A DNA stretch of 64,000 nucleotides. Source: Acidobacteriota bacterium (GTDB lineage Bacteria; Acidobacteriota; Vicinamibacteria; Vicinamibacterales; UBA2999). The notes below the pieces were generated by a model. It saw nothing but the letters and a program-made list of their open reading frames with translations. It was not told the DNA's origin and searched no databases. The stretch is taken from NCBI GenBank assembly GCA_046726375.1, contig JBKPAJ010000021.1, forward strand, positions 65,199 through 129,198, read 5' to 3'. The first letter of the stretch is position 1. Each line of letters begins with the position of its first letter. The translations under genes and the position numbers were made by a program. This document shows, piece after piece, positions 1 through 11,968 of this stretch.

Positions 1-498
1 TTGCGCGTTCACATATGTCCGGCAGATCTGGATGACGGCCAGCTCATTGCGTCCGATCCGGCGCGCCAACACCTCTTCCTTTCCTGCCGCAGTATCGAAA
101 CGCCATCCGTTCGCGTCCTTCACGAGCGGCACCGGAAACGGCCAGTCCTCGTGGCCGATCACCAGCGATTTGCCGCCATGGCCATCGTCGACGAGGCGCC
201 ACCCGGCGGCCGCGGCCGCCGTGAACACCTCACGATTGCGACTGGCCGTCGCCAGATCGGACGAGGCGATCAACTCCTCCGACTTCGGACCGAAGATCTT
301 CACCAATTCGTCGAGATTTCCGGACTTCACCACCTCGATGAGCGCGCGCGCGGCGTCTTCGGGTGTCGCAAAGAGCCGCTCGGAGGGTCGCGGGGCGGAC
401 GCCGTGCACGACCAAATCGCCGCAAGCGTGACGCCGATCAGCGCCATCGGCATCAAGCGCCTGCTTACGGCCCCGCTCCACGCCTTTCGTGAGTACAT
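1..498 (-). CDS. DUF2950-family exported protein (3' end runs off the left edge)
   Basis: Not in the ORF track because it is open-ended. Hand translation of the reverse strand from ATG at 498 gives MYSRKAWSGAVSRRLMPMALIGVTLAAIW...FATPEDAARALIEVV...GHEDWPFPVPLVKDANGWRFDTAAGKEEVLARRIGRNELAVIQICRTYVNAQ, open to position 1. The DWPFP...W.FD...GKEE...RRIGRNEL block is typical of DUF2950. It lies directly downstream of a DUF3300 gene, the usual pairing. Confidence 0.8.
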   Translation of the reverse strand, partial: MYSRKAWSGAVSRRLMPMALIGVTLAAIWSCTASAPRPSERLFATPEDAARALIEVVKSGNLDELVKIFGPKSEELIASSDLATASRNREVFTAAAAAGWRLVDDGHGGKSLVIGHEDWPFPVPLVKDANGWRFDTAAGKEEVLARRIGRNELAVIQICRTYVNAQ

Positions 499-530
499 GA
501 TCATGATGACCACACGCGTCCCGCGCTGCG

Positions 531-1748
531 CTACCGGCGCCGGCCGCCCGATCCGCGCGAGCTGCTGCGGCTGCGCTGCCCGCGCTGGCTCGCCGCGCGT
601 TCCGATTTCCCGCTCGAGTAACCGGAGAACGCATCAGAGCTCCTGCCGCTCCGTTGCGACGCCTCGGCTTTGTCGCGGCTGTAGCCGCGCGCTTCCTGGC
701 TCGTGGTGTTCGCCGTTGCCGTGGAAGTGCGTTGCCCTGCCGCCGCTTGCGCCTCGCTGCGGCGCTGCTCGCGCTGCGCCTGTGACTCGGGCCGGTTTTC
801 CTGTCGGGTCTGCTGCCGCTCGGTGCGTTGTTGCTGCGTGGTGCCGGCACGATCGCCGCGCTCCTCCGCCACGTCCTCGCGCCGTTCGCTGCGTTCCTCT
901 GCCAGATCCTCCCGGTTGTCGTACCAATCCTCCCGCGCATCCTCCCTCGCGTCGTACCAGTCGTCCCAAGCATCGTCGTACATGTGGAAACCGCCGCCCC
1001 ACCCGTACGGGCCGTAGTAGTAGTCGTTGTCGATCGCGGCGCCGATCGCGATGCCTGCGGTAAATCCAATCAGGCCGGCCGCGACCGCATCGCTGCTACT
1101 GCTGCTGCTTTCCTTCTGCACCACCACGGTCGACGACGTCACGGGCTGGGTGTAGACGAGTTGGGGGTCGTATTGCGGCACGTAGACGACCTGCGGGTTC
1201 GCCGGCTCGATGACGATGACCTGCTGACCACTCGACGTTGTGCGCGTCTCGACGGTCTGCTGCGGCGTGCTCTTCAGCGTGCCGGCAGCGCGCGCCTTAG
1301 CGCGCAGACGCTGGATGCTGGCAAACAGCGCGGAACGATCGGAGGTGAACGCCTGTCCGAGCTTGGCCGTCCACTCCATCTGCCCGGCCATGTAGCGCAC
1401 GATGTCCGGAAACACGACCAGCGCGACGAAGCTCGGCTCGAACCCCGCGGCCTTGGCCGCATCCTGGAGTTCCGTGCCCTTGACGCCCTCGTGGCTCTGT
1501 AACCATTCGCTCAGAGCACCAACTTTGCCCGGGTTCTCCGCGCACAGCAGGATCTCGCTCAGAAGCGCGTCCGGGTAGAGCGCAATCGGAGCCAACAGCT
1601 TGTCGAGGGCGTCGAGCGATGCCGCGCTCTTGCTCGCAGACGACGGCTGCTTCTGCGCCGTCTGCGCTCCGCCCAACGCCGATGCAGGCATCGTCGCGAG
1701 CGCGAACAGAAGCACAACGTTCATGACGATGACGGACTTCCGCAGCAT
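531..1748 (-). CDS. DUF3300-family exported protein with low-complexity C-terminal tail
   Basis: 405-aa ORF with a signal peptide (MLRKSVIVMNVVLLFALATMPASALG) and an LLAPIALYPDALLSEILLCAENP block typical of DUF3300. It has a Gly-zipper-like hydrophobic stretch and a long R/E/Q/S-rich tail. Confidence 0.85.
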   Translation of the reverse strand: MLRKSVIVMNVVLLFALATMPASALGGAQTAQKQPSSASKSAASLDALDKLLAPIALYPDALLSEILLCAENPGKVGALSEWLQSHEGVKGTELQDAAKAAGFEPSFVALVVFPDIVRYMAGQMEWTAKLGQAFTSDRSALFASIQRLRAKARAAGTLKSTPQQTVETRTTSSGQQVIVIEPANPQVVYVPQYDPQLVYTQPVTSSTVVVQKESSSSSSDAVAAGLIGFTAGIAIGAAIDNDYYYGPYGWGGGFHMYDDAWDDWYDAREDAREDWYDNREDLAEERSERREDVAEERGDRAGTTQQQRTERQQTRQENRPESQAQREQRRSEAQAAAGQRTSTATANTTSQEARGYSRDKAEASQRSGRSSDAFSGYSSGKSERAASQRGQRSRSSSRGSGGRRR

Positions 1749-1761
1749 GGTGGCTCACTCG

Positions 1762-2535
1762 TCAGTAGTACTCGCGAACGAAACGCCGTCCCTTCAGCGC
1801 GGCCGTGTCGTTGTACGCGCCCTTGGTGGACCGTTCGGGCAGAACGACGTTCTTCTGTTTGATCCGTTTGTAGGGGATTTGCGCCAGCACGTGGCTGATG
1901 GTATTCAGCCGAGCCGCCTTCTTGTCGTCCGAACGGACGATGTACCACGGTGCAATGCGCGTGTCGGTCTTCTTCAGCATCATGTCGCGGGCACGTGAGT
2001 ATTCGTACCATTTCTCGAGCGACGGCAGGTCCATGGGACTGAGCTTCCACTGCCGGAGCGGATCCTCCACACGCGCCTCGAAGCGCCGCTTCTGCTCTTC
2101 GTTGCTGACTTCGAGCCAGAGCTTGATGAGGATCGTCCCGCCCTCGACCAGGAACTTCTCGATCTGCGGGCACAGGTCCAGGAATCGTTTGTGCTGCTTG
2201 TCCGTGCAGAAACCCATCACGTACTCGACGCCGGCGCGGTTGTACCAGCTGCGGTCGAAGATCACGACTTCGCCGGCGGCCGGGAAATGCTGCACGTACC
2301 GCTGCATGTAGACCTGTGTCTTCTCGCGGTCGGAGGGTGCGGGCAACGCCGCCACCCTGAACACGCGCGGGCTCAGCCGTTCGGTCAGCGCGCGGATCGT
2401 GCCGCCCTTGCCGGCGCCGTCGCGCCCTTCGAACACGATGACGACACGGAGGCGTTTCTCCTTGATCCATCGCTGCAGGTGGCAAAGCTCCACCTGTAGT
2501 TTGCGCATCGCCTTTTCGTATTTGGCTCGTTTCAT
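1762..2535 (-). CDS. ppk2: polyphosphate kinase 2 (single-domain PPK2)
   Basis: 257-aa ORF with P-loop FEGRDGAGKGGTI, plus FDRSWYNRAGVE and WKLSPMD motifs characteristic of PPK2. Confidence 0.95.
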   Translation of the reverse strand: MKRAKYEKAMRKLQVELCHLQRWIKEKRLRVVIVFEGRDGAGKGGTIRALTERLSPRVFRVAALPAPSDREKTQVYMQRYVQHFPAAGEVVIFDRSWYNRAGVEYVMGFCTDKQHKRFLDLCPQIEKFLVEGGTILIKLWLEVSNEEQKRRFEARVEDPLRQWKLSPMDLPSLEKWYEYSRARDMMLKKTDTRIAPWYIVRSDDKKAARLNTISHVLAQIPYKRIKQKNVVLPERSTKGAYNDTAALKGRRFVREYY

Positions 2536-2575
2536 CCGTCTGTGTCCTGAAATGTATGAATGACCGCGGCGCGCA

Positions 2576-2899
2576 TCACTGTGGCTGACCGCGGACTTCC
2601 TCCACGAAGTCGAGTCCCCGCGACGTCGTCACGAAGTCGAACTGCACTCGCGGCTCACGCGCGGACTCGATCAACGACAGCAGCGATGTGAACCGATCGG
2701 AGCGCATCCACTTGCGAATGTGATCGTCGGTCGCCCACTCCACGACGCATTGCACTGTCCAATCGGGGTTGACCCAGGCGCACGACCCGAGACATCCCTC
2801 CTCCAGGCGCAGAGTCATTACCAAGAACCGCAGGGCGTCGAGCAGGTCCTGAGCGGCGCGCGCCGACGAGGCAACGAGCGCGACGTTCAGGCGCACCAT
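2576..2899 (-). CDS. small ABM (antibiotic biosynthesis monooxygenase)-like protein
   Basis: The track ORF 2576..3094 has an unnatural Arg/Pro-rich N-terminus that overlaps the upstream gene. The internal ATG at 2899 gives a 107-aa protein (MVRLNVALVAS...CVVEWATDDHIRKWMRSDRFTSLL...) of ABM-like size and pattern. Confidence 0.55.
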   Translation of the reverse strand: MVRLNVALVASSARAAQDLLDALRFLVMTLRLEEGCLGSCAWVNPDWTVQCVVEWATDDHIRKWMRSDRFTSLLSLIESAREPRVQFDFVTTSRGLDFVEEVRGQPQ

Positions 2900-3086
2900 G
2901 GCGGGCGTCCTAGCACCACTCGTTCCAATTGGATGGATCGCGCCGCCGTCCGTGTTACCGCTAGAGAATGAACGCTTTCGGGCGGGCCGCGCGTTCCGCT
3001 GACGGGTAACGGGGTGACGCGCAACCCCCGGCATCGCAGAGGCTCCACGGCATGCCGGAGGCGCTGGCGATGGCGGTGGCGAGCGT

Positions 3087-5033
3087 CTAGCCATGGCCGG
3101 GCCGTTTCAGTCCAAGCTTCGCCATGCGCGTTTCCAGCGTCGTCGGTTTCATGCCGAGGCGATCGGCGGCCGCCCCTGCCCCGCGGATGCGCCATCCCGT
3201 GCTCTCGAGCACGGTGCGGAGATGTTCCTTCTCGACGTCGAGCAACCGCTGGCTGCGCCGCGGCGCCGGCGCGGAGGACTGCGGCAGAGGGATCGTCAAG
3301 CGCCGGCCGGTCACGACGATCATCGCGCGCTCCACGACGTTGCGAAGCTCGCGGATGTTGCCGGGCCAGGGATACTGCTGCAACGCGGCGAGGTTCTCGC
3401 GGTCGATCAAGTCGATGCGTTTGCCGAACGCCCGCGAGAATTCCTCCACGAAGCGCCAGACGAGCAGCGGGATGTCCTCCACCCGCTCGCGCAGCGGCGG
3501 CACGAGAATCGGAAAGACGTTCAACCGGTAGAACAGATCCTCGCGAAACGCGCCGTCAGCCACACGCTGCTCGAGATTGCGATGCGTGGCGGCGATGATC
3601 CGCGTATTGACCGTGATCGGATGCGGGCTGCCGAGCCGCTCGATGGTGCGCTCTTCGAACACGCGCAGCAGCTTCACTTGTACTTCCGACGGCAGGTCGC
3701 CGATCTCGTCGAGGAAGATCGTCGAGCGATCGGCGAGTTCGAAGCGGCCGGCCTGGCGCGCCAGCGCCCCGGTGAACGCCCCTTTCTCGCGCCCGAACAG
3801 CTCGCTCTCGATGAGCGTCGCCGGAATGGCGGCGCAGTTGACGCGGACCATCGCGCGCGTCCGCCGCGCGCTGAGCTCGTGGATCTGCGTCGCGAAGAGC
3901 TCTTTGCCGGTGCCAGTCTCGCCGAGAAGGAGCACGGTGGAATCGGTTGCCGCCACCTGCTGGATTTGCTCCAGCACACCGCGTACGGCTGCACTCTGGC
4001 CGATGACGCGCGTGTGTCCCAATCGCTCGCGCTCTTCCTGCCTCAAGTAGACGTTTTCGGCCTCGAGCCGGTCCTTCAGCTGCTGCACTTCCTGCGCAGC
4101 CGAGCGCAGCGCGTCGTCGCGGTGTTGCCTGGCGAGCACCTGATTGAAGACACTCGCGACCATTTCGATCCGGCGCAGCATCTGTGGCGGCCAGGTGCGC
4201 TCGGATTTGATCGAGCAGAACCCCACTGCGCCCGCGACCTTGCCCTGCAGGGTCAGCGGCACCAACACCGCGGCCTTGGTGCCGATTTCGCCGAAGCCGA
4301 TGCGGTCGGTCTCGGGAATCTCGTCGAGCGCCTGGAAGATGACCTTCTCTCCGGCCAGCAGGCGATCGATCGTCCACGGGAAGCGTGCCGACAGCAGCGG
4401 CAGCGGGCGAGACGGGTCAGCGGACGCCATCCAACTGACGGCGCCGGATAGAACGCGGTCGGAACTGATCTCGAAGAACGAGCCGCGATCGAGCCCGAGC
4501 TGCTCGCACGTTCGCTGGAGCGAGCCGACAATCGCGCCGACGACCTCATCGCCCTGGAGATTGATGAACTGAAACGACATCTCCGCTACGAACTGTTCGA
4601 ACGCCAGCTGCTCCTCGAGCATCGACCGCCGTTCGGCGTCTTCCGGCTGAGTCCCCAGCCCGATTTCGACGATCGATGCGAGCACGAAGACGAGACCGTT
4701 GCTGGTCCGCAGCGGATGGAGTTCGATCTGGACGGAAATGCGGGAACCATCTTTGCGCTGACCGAATACCTCACGATCGACGCTCATCCTGCGGAAGCTC
4801 GGGTCGCGGGCAAACTCCTGCCGGTAAGCGGCGTGGATCGTACGCAGCTCAGGTGGCAATAGCAGGTCGATGCTGCGGCCGACAAGCTCCTCGCGCTGAT
4901 AGCCGAACTGCCGCTCCAGGGCGCGATTGACGAACATGATCGCGCCCTGCACATCCGCGATCAGGATGGCGGTGGGCGAGGCCTCGAGTGCGGGCTGCGC
5001 GAGTTCGGACATGTCGACGATGGACCCAAACAC
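3087..5033 (-). CDS. sigma54-dependent transcriptional activator (PAS-GAF-AAA+-HTH)
   Basis: 648 aa. N-terminal PAS-like and GAF-like regions; AAA+ core with Walker [15 protein letters not shown] loop (EKGAFTGAL) and Walker B FLDEIGD; C-terminal Fis-type HTH ([21 protein letters not shown]). Confidence 0.92.
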   Translation of the reverse strand: MFGSIVDMSELAQPALEASPTAILIADVQGAIMFVNRALERQFGYQREELVGRSIDLLLPPELRTIHAAYRQEFARDPSFRRMSVDREVFGQRKDGSRISVQIELHPLRTSNGLVFVLASIVEIGLGTQPEDAERRSMLEEQLAFEQFVAEMSFQFINLQGDEVVGAIVGSLQRTCEQLGLDRGSFFEISSDRVLSGAVSWMASADPSRPLPLLSARFPWTIDRLLAGEKVIFQALDEIPETDRIGFGEIGTKAAVLVPLTLQGKVAGAVGFCSIKSERTWPPQMLRRIEMVASVFNQVLARQHRDDALRSAAQEVQQLKDRLEAENVYLRQEERERLGHTRVIGQSAAVRGVLEQIQQVAATDSTVLLLGETGTGKELFATQIHELSARRTRAMVRVNCAAIPATLIESELFGREKGAFTGALARQAGRFELADRSTIFLDEIGDLPSEVQVKLLRVFEERTIERLGSPHPITVNTRIIAATHRNLEQRVADGAFREDLFYRLNVFPILVPPLRERVEDIPLLVWRFVEEFSRAFGKRIDLIDRENLAALQQYPWPGNIRELRNVVERAMIVVTGRRLTIPLPQSSAPAPRRSQRLLDVEKEHLRTVLESTGWRIRGAGAAADRLGMKPTTLETRMAKLGLKRPGHG

Positions 5034-5048
5034 CGGCGTTCCTGCCGT

Positions 5049-5645
5049 TTACTTCGCTCTCTTTACGTTCGTGAGCCGGATCAGCTCCGCCGCGTAGTCC
5101 TGTACAACAAACGCACCCTGCTTCACGGTGACTCTTGCCGCGGGGGCCATGGTCCCGGAGCCGCTGCCGGCGGCGTCGACTTCGATGTCGACGATCGCAA
5201 AGTCGTAGCCCTCCTTCGGCTTCGCGTCCTGGACGCCGGCGCCGAGGAACAGAATCGGCTGGTCGGCGACGATGGTCAGCAGCCGGCCTTTGTCGGTCGC
5301 CCGCTCGAGGGTCAGTCGTGTTGTCGTCGGTGTCCCCGTTCCCAACCGCACGGAACCAGTTGGAGGCACTCCGACCAGCGCCTTGCGCAGCGCCGCCGCT
5401 CCGCCGCTCGCGAACGCGCCGGTGAACTTGTCCACCTCGCTCTGCGACATCTTTCTGTCGACTACGATGGTGACCGGTGCGTTCGCCGCGGCCCCGCCGC
5501 CCGTCTTGACCGCGGCCGTCGCAGTGAAGGTCTCGCTGGTCTGCGCGTGCAGAGACGCAATCAGAAACGCTGACACCGTGGCGCCAAGCGCCGCGCCGAT
5601 TGCTGCCGATCGGAGATTCCGGGTTGTTGCCTGTCTAAGATTCAT
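5049..5645 (-). CDS. exported hypothetical protein
   Basis: 198-aa ORF with a signal peptide (…AAIGAALGATVSAFLIASLHAQT) and natural-looking composition. It lies 15 nt upstream of the EBP gene on the same strand. I recognise no family. Confidence 0.6.
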   Translation of the reverse strand: MNLRQATTRNLRSAAIGAALGATVSAFLIASLHAQTSETFTATAAVKTGGGAAANAPVTIVVDRKMSQSEVDKFTGAFASGGAAALRKALVGVPPTGSVRLGTGTPTTTRLTLERATDKGRLLTIVADQPILFLGAGVQDAKPKEGYDFAIVDIEVDAAGSGSGTMAPAARVTVKQGAFVVQDYAAELIRLTNVKRAK

Positions 5646-5947
5646 GGGTCACCTCTCGCGTCCTCTAACAACGCGCAGTGCCCCGAGTGCAGCAGACGTG
5701 CCGTGAATGGGGCGGGTGACGAAGCGGCGGAAGACGGCCGGAGACCGAACGAACTGCCTCCACGACAGGCGAATCCGCTCCGGTATCGCGGAGAAGGTCC
5801 GACATGCCGGAGATCGATTGGAGGACGGGGGCCAGGCCGCGGGTGGCCGTTCCTGCTGGGCGAATTGAACTTCGGGCTCTCGGCGAGTGCCGGACCGCTG
5901 CTCGCGGTCATGGCACGGGGCGTGCTGAACGGCACGTCGGAGCGAAC

Positions 5948-6793
5948 GTGTTCACCGTCTTCTGCCTTGGCCTCCTCGAACCAGTCGAACATGGTCTGTC
6001 GCAAAAGGCGGTGGAGATTGCGCGGCCCTTCGGATTCCCTATCACGAACTCGATGGTGGTGACTTGGGTCGTAGCCCTGGGCCTGATCCTCTTTGCGCAG
6101 CTGGCGACGCGGCGCATGAGCAGCGTCCCGAGCGGAGCGCAGAACTTCCTCGAATGGCTGGTCGAGGCCCTTTACGGACTGCTCGAGAGCATCATCGGCC
6201 GCCATCTGGTGCAGCGGACGTTCTGGTTCTTTGCCACGATCTTCATCTTCATCCTGTCCGCGAACTGGTTTGGTCTCATCCCGGGTGTCGGCACCATCGG
6301 GTGGGGTCACCAGACCGCCGAAGGCTTCGTCGTCGAGCAGCCGCTGCTCCGAGGCGCCAATGCGGATCTGAACCTGACCCTGGCAATGGCTCTGGTCTTC
6401 TTCGCCTGCTGGATCTTCTGGGCACTGCAGGAAGTGGGCATCGGCGGCGTGGCCACGGAGCTGTTCGCGCCGAAGGGCGAAACCACCGGCATGCTCAAAG
6501 TGCTGATGATTGTGGTGTTCTTCGCAGCCGGCTGTCTGGAGATTGTGTCGATTCTGTTTCGTCCCGTCTCTTTGAGTTTTCGTCTCTACGGCAATGTGTT
6601 CGCCGGCGAAAACATGCTGGAGGCGATGGCCACGCTCGTGCCCGGCCTCGGATGGTTGTTGCCGATCCCCTTTTACTTCATGGAACTGCTGGTGGGTCTC
6701 GTGCAGGCGATGGTGTTCATGCTCCTGACCGCCGTCTTCACGCTCCTGATTTGTCACCACGAGGAAGCTGGCCCCGCGGCGGCGCACGGCTGA
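5948..6793 (+). CDS. atpB: F0F1 ATP synthase subunit a
   Basis: The track ORF 5804..6793 contains FGFPITNSMVVTW, WFGLIPG and the conserved Arg motif LSFRLYGNVFAGE. The start is uncertain; I chose GTG 5948 because the 48 residues upstream of it are Arg/Gly-rich. A different frame upstream (5850-5940) looks coding-like and could be an AtpZ/AtpI-type remnant, which I could not resolve. Confidence 0.88.
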   Translation: MFTVFCLGLLEPVEHGLSQKAVEIARPFGFPITNSMVVTWVVALGLILFAQLATRRMSSVPSGAQNFLEWLVEALYGLLESIIGRHLVQRTFWFFATIFIFILSANWFGLIPGVGTIGWGHQTAEGFVVEQPLLRGANADLNLTLAMALVFFACWIFWALQEVGIGGVATELFAPKGETTGMLKVLMIVVFFAAGCLEIVSILFRPVSLSFRLYGNVFAGENMLEAMATLVPGLGWLLPIPFYFMELLVGLVQAMVFMLLTAVFTLLICHHEEAGPAAAHG

Positions 6794-6860
6794 CGGGGAT
6801 CGGATGGCGTGCGCGTAACGCATTCACATTGACTGGCGAGTAGCAGAAAGGACACACACG

Positions 6861-7049
6861 ATGATCGGAAGTATTCACGTCGGCCTGGCAGCACTGGGCG
6901 CCGCGATCGGCGTGGGATTGATTGGCAGCGGCGCCTCGAGCGCGGTGGGCAGGAATCCCGGCGCGTCCACGAAGATCATGGTCCAGTCGATCCTCTCGAT
7001 CGCTTTTGCCGAAGCGATCGTGTTCTACGCGCTGTTCCTCGTGCAGTAG
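6861..7049 (+). CDS. atpE: F0F1 ATP synthase subunit c
   Basis: 62-aa two-helix hairpin with a GxGxGxG-type first helix, loop RNPG, and the ion-binding carboxylate in IAFAEAIVFYAL. Confidence 0.92.
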   Translation: MIGSIHVGLAALGAAIGVGLIGSGASSAVGRNPGASTKIMVQSILSIAFAEAIVFYALFLVQ

Positions 7050-7111
7050 ACATCGCTTTCCGGCCGGCGGCATGGCGCCCAGCCGCGCCGGGAGAAAACG
7101 AGTGCGCAATC

Positions 7112-7657
7112 ATGGACGTAGTAGCGCTGCAGACTGCAGTCGAAGGCCAAAGCCAGATCGAACAGATCGCCAGCACCTTCGGCGTTGACTGGACTCATCT
7201 CTTCGCCCAGAGCGTCAGCTTCGGGATCGTATGCGCCGTTCTCTACGCGCTCGCATACAAGCCGATCCTGCGCATCCTCGAAGCCCGCCGGCAGCAGATC
7301 GCCGCCGGCCTGGCGAACGCGGAAAGGATCAGGGCGGAGCTCGACCGCATCGAGCAATCGCGCGTCGACGTCCTGGCAAAGGCGGCGGCCGAAGGCAAGC
7401 AGCTGATCGAGGACGCACGCGCCGCCGCGGCGCGTGTGCAGGCCGAGGAGACGAAAAAGGCCATCGCCGCAGCGGAGCAAATCATAGTGAAGGCGCGCGA
7501 GGCCGCAGCGCGCGATCATGCCCAGATGCTCGCCGAGCTCAGACGCGAGATCGGCCGCCTGGTCGTTCAGACCACCGCATCGGTGACTGGCAAGATTCTG
7601 ACACCGGAGGATCACCGCCGTCTGGCCGAGGAAACGGCCAGGCAGCTGGTGTCCTGA
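7112..7657 (+). CDS. atpF: F0F1 ATP synthase subunit b
   Basis: 181 aa: a single N-terminal TM helix followed by a long Ala/Glu/Arg-rich helical stalk. Its position between atpE and atpH fits. Confidence 0.85.
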   Translation: MDVVALQTAVEGQSQIEQIASTFGVDWTHLFAQSVSFGIVCAVLYALAYKPILRILEARRQQIAAGLANAERIRAELDRIEQSRVDVLAKAAAEGKQLIEDARAAAARVQAEETKKAIAAAEQIIVKAREAAARDHAQMLAELRREIGRLVVQTTASVTGKILTPEDHRRLAEETARQLVS

Positions 7658-7682
7658 TCGGCGCCGCCCGGGAAGGTCCGCG

Positions 7683-8075
7683 ATGAAGGCGAACCGGAAG
7701 GTCAAACGCTCAGCCAGGCACCTCTATCGGCTCTGTCTCGTCGATGGCGTGCTGGATGAAAGCCGCGTGCGCCGCGTCGCGCAGCGGATCGCCAACTCCA
7801 GACGGCGTGGCTCGCTCGCGATCCTGAGCGATCTGCGCCGACTCGTGCGACTCGATCGCGATCGCCACACCGCCCTCGTCGTGAGCGCCGCGCCGCTGGC
7901 GCCGAACCTGCGCGAACAGATTCAGTCGGATCTGAAACGCGTCTACGGTCCCACGATCGCAGCATCCTTCGAGGAAAACCCCGCCCTCATCGGCGGCCTG
8001 CGCATCCGAGTCGGCAGCGACGTCTACGACGGCAGCGTGCGGGCACGGCTCGCCGCCTTGCAGGCGCATTTGTGA
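7683..8075 (+). CDS. atpH: F0F1 ATP synthase subunit delta (short, 130 aa)
   Basis: OSCP-like C-terminal block (…VVSAAPL…LKRVYGP…FEENPALIGGLRIRVGSDVYDGSVRARLAAL). Its position between atpF and atpA fits. There is no room for a longer N-terminus because atpF ends at 7657. Confidence 0.8.
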   Translation: MKANRKVKRSARHLYRLCLVDGVLDESRVRRVAQRIANSRRRGSLAILSDLRRLVRLDRDRHTALVVSAAPLAPNLREQIQSDLKRVYGPTIAASFEENPALIGGLRIRVGSDVYDGSVRARLAALQAHL

Positions 8076-8096
8076 ACCTTTGTGGTGAGATGACCT

Positions 8097-9632
8097 ATGG
8101 CTGACCTCGTGCAAGAACTTGAAGAGCAAATCGCGGGAGCGAGAGCCGCAACCGCCAGGCAGAGTGTTGGCATGATCCGCGAGATCGGCGACGGGGTCGC
8201 CAGGATCGAAGGTCTCGACGATGTGATGTTGAACGAGATGCTCGACTTCGGCCAGGGCATCACCGGTTTGGCGCTCAACCTCGATGAGACCGAGGTTGCG
8301 GCCATCATTCTCGGCGACTACACCAAGCTGAGCGAGCGCGACGAGGTGCGTGCCACTGGTCGCCTGCTTCAGGTGCCGGTCGGCAGAGGCTTGCTCGGTC
8401 GTGTCGTGAGCACGCTCGGCGAACCGCTCGACGGCAAGGGGCCGATTCCGAGCGACGCGGCCTATCCGGTCGAAAAGCTCGCGCCAGGCATCATCAAGCG
8501 CCGTCCGATTGGCCAACCGGTCCAGACCGGGATCATGCCGATCGACGCGATGATTCCCATCGGCCGCGGGCAGCGCGAGCTGATCATCGGCGACCGCTCG
8601 ACGGGTAAGACGGCAATCTGCCTCGACACGATCATCAGCCAGGCGCGTCTCAACAAGGCGGCCGAAGGCGCGGGCGACAGCAGTTATCGGCCTCTCTACT
8701 GCATCTACGTCGCGGTCGGCCAGAAGCAGTCGACGATCGCCCGGATCATCGCCACGCTCGAAGACGCCGGCGCCATGCCGTACAGCATCATCGTCGCGTC
8801 GCCAGCGTCGGATTCGGCCGCCAGTCAGTACCTCGCGCCTTTTGCCGGAGCCGCCATGGGTGAGTGGTTCATGGACCACGGCATGGACGCACTCATCGTC
8901 TACGACGATCTATCCAAGCACGCTGTTGCCTATCGTCAGGTGTCGCTGGTGCTGAAGCGACCGTCCGGTCGCGAAGCCTACCCAGGTGACGTGTTCTATC
9001 TCCACAGCCGGCTGCTCGAACGCGCCGCTCGAGTGGGCGAACAATTCGGCAACGGTTCATTGACGGCGCTGCCGATCATCGAGACGCAGGCCGGCGACGT
9101 TTCGGCGTACATCCCGACCAACGTCATCTCGATCACCGACGGACAGATCTTCCTGGAAACCGATCTGTTCCATCAGGGCATCCGTCCGGCGATCTCGGTC
9201 GGCATCTCGGTGTCGCGCGTGGGCTCCGCGGCGCAGCTCAAGGCGATGAAACAGGTGGCCGGACAGCTCAAGGGCGACCTCGCCCAGTTCCGCGAACTGG
9301 CGGCCTTCGCGCAGTTCGGCTCCGAGCTCGATGCCGCGACACAAGCCAAGATCGATCGCGGCAAACGCATCGTGGAGCTGTTCAAGCAGCCGCAGTACAG
9401 GCCGATTCCCGTGGAGCATCAGGTGGCGGTGATCTGGGCCGTCCAGAACGGCTATGTGGACGATGTGCCGGTCGAGCGGATCAAGGAATTCCAGGCGGAC
9501 TGGACGGACTTTCTGACCACGCGGCGGGACGCGGTGCTGCGCAAAATCACCACCGAAAAGGCGATTAGCCCCGAACTCGCCGCGGAGCTGAAGGCGGCGG
9601 CCGATCAGTTCAAGCAGACGTGGAGGAAATAG
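8097..9632 (+). CDS. atpA: F0F1 ATP synthase subunit alpha
   Basis: 511 aa with Walker A GDRSTGKT, plus [42 protein letters not shown]. Confidence 0.98.
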   Translation: MADLVQELEEQIAGARAATARQSVGMIREIGDGVARIEGLDDVMLNEMLDFGQGITGLALNLDETEVAAIILGDYTKLSERDEVRATGRLLQVPVGRGLLGRVVSTLGEPLDGKGPIPSDAAYPVEKLAPGIIKRRPIGQPVQTGIMPIDAMIPIGRGQRELIIGDRSTGKTAICLDTIISQARLNKAAEGAGDSSYRPLYCIYVAVGQKQSTIARIIATLEDAGAMPYSIIVASPASDSAASQYLAPFAGAAMGEWFMDHGMDALIVYDDLSKHAVAYRQVSLVLKRPSGREAYPGDVFYLHSRLLERAARVGEQFGNGSLTALPIIETQAGDVSAYIPTNVISITDGQIFLETDLFHQGIRPAISVGISVSRVGSAAQLKAMKQVAGQLKGDLAQFRELAAFAQFGSELDAATQAKIDRGKRIVELFKQPQYRPIPVEHQVAVIWAVQNGYVDDVPVERIKEFQADWTDFLTTRRDAVLRKITTEKAISPELAAELKAAADQFKQTWRK

Positions 9633-9638
9633 CCGGCC

Positions 9639-10505
9639 ATGAACAGCCCACGCGACCTCCGCCGCCGCATCAGGTCGATCAGCGGCACCGCGCAGATCAC
9701 CAAGGCGATGCAAATGGTGGCGGCGTCGAAGATGCGCAAGGCGCAACAGTCGGCGCTCGACGCCGCCCCGTTCGCACGGCTGTTCTATCGCCTGCAGCGT
9801 CTCGCCACCACGCGGGTGCGGCAGTTCGAGCATCCGCTCCTCGAGGTGCGCGATGTCCGCCGCCGTGCAGTGATTCTGATCGCGGCCGACAAAGGGCTGT
9901 GCGGCGCACTCAACACCAACGTCTTCCGGGTCGCCAGCCAGTACGAGACCGCATCGACGACCTTCATCACCGCCGGGCGCAAGGCGGCGCAGTTCGTGGC
10001 CCGCACCGGGCGGCAGCTCGCCGCCGAATTCACGTACGGCGACTCGCCAACCTATCCCGAGGCCAGGGCGCTCGCCGCGTTTGCACGCGACCTCTTCCTG
10101 AACGGCGAGGTCGACGAGGTGCTGATCGTGGCGACGCGTTTCGTCAACACGCTGACGCAGGTCCCGGTCGCGCTCGAGTATCTGCCCGTCGGGGAGATCC
10201 GCGGCGTGCAAGTTCCGGGCGCGGAATCGGAAGCGGCACTTGCAGCCGACACGGGCGATACCTCGTTCGAACCAAGCGCTGAGGAGGTGTTGAGCTATCT
10301 CCTCGGGCACTATCTCAACATCTATTTGTATTTCGTTCTGCTGAATGCCAAAGCGAGCGAGCAGAGCGCCCGCATGGTGTCGATGAAGAACGCCACTGAC
10401 AGCGCGGAGGGTCTGATCAAAGACCTGACGCTCGAGTACAACAAGCTGCGGCAGGGAAACATCACGAAGGAACTATTGGAGATTGCGGGCGGCCAGGCAG
10501 AGTGA
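9639..10505 (+). CDS. atpG: F0F1 ATP synthase subunit gamma
   Basis: 288 aa. N-terminus RRRIRSISGTAQITKAMQMVAASKMRKAQ and C-terminus YNKLRQGNITKELLEIAGG are typical of gamma subunits. Confidence 0.95.
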   Translation: MNSPRDLRRRIRSISGTAQITKAMQMVAASKMRKAQQSALDAAPFARLFYRLQRLATTRVRQFEHPLLEVRDVRRRAVILIAADKGLCGALNTNVFRVASQYETASTTFITAGRKAAQFVARTGRQLAAEFTYGDSPTYPEARALAAFARDLFLNGEVDEVLIVATRFVNTLTQVPVALEYLPVGEIRGVQVPGAESEAALAADTGDTSFEPSAEEVLSYLLGHYLNIYLYFVLLNAKASEQSARMVSMKNATDSAEGLIKDLTLEYNKLRQGNITKELLEIAGGQAE

Positions 10506-10523
10506 CCCGGCCATCGCTGATAG

Positions 10524-11942
<1,419 letters not shown>

Positions 11943-11968
11943 CGCCGCAAGGAACGGGTGCCACGCAA

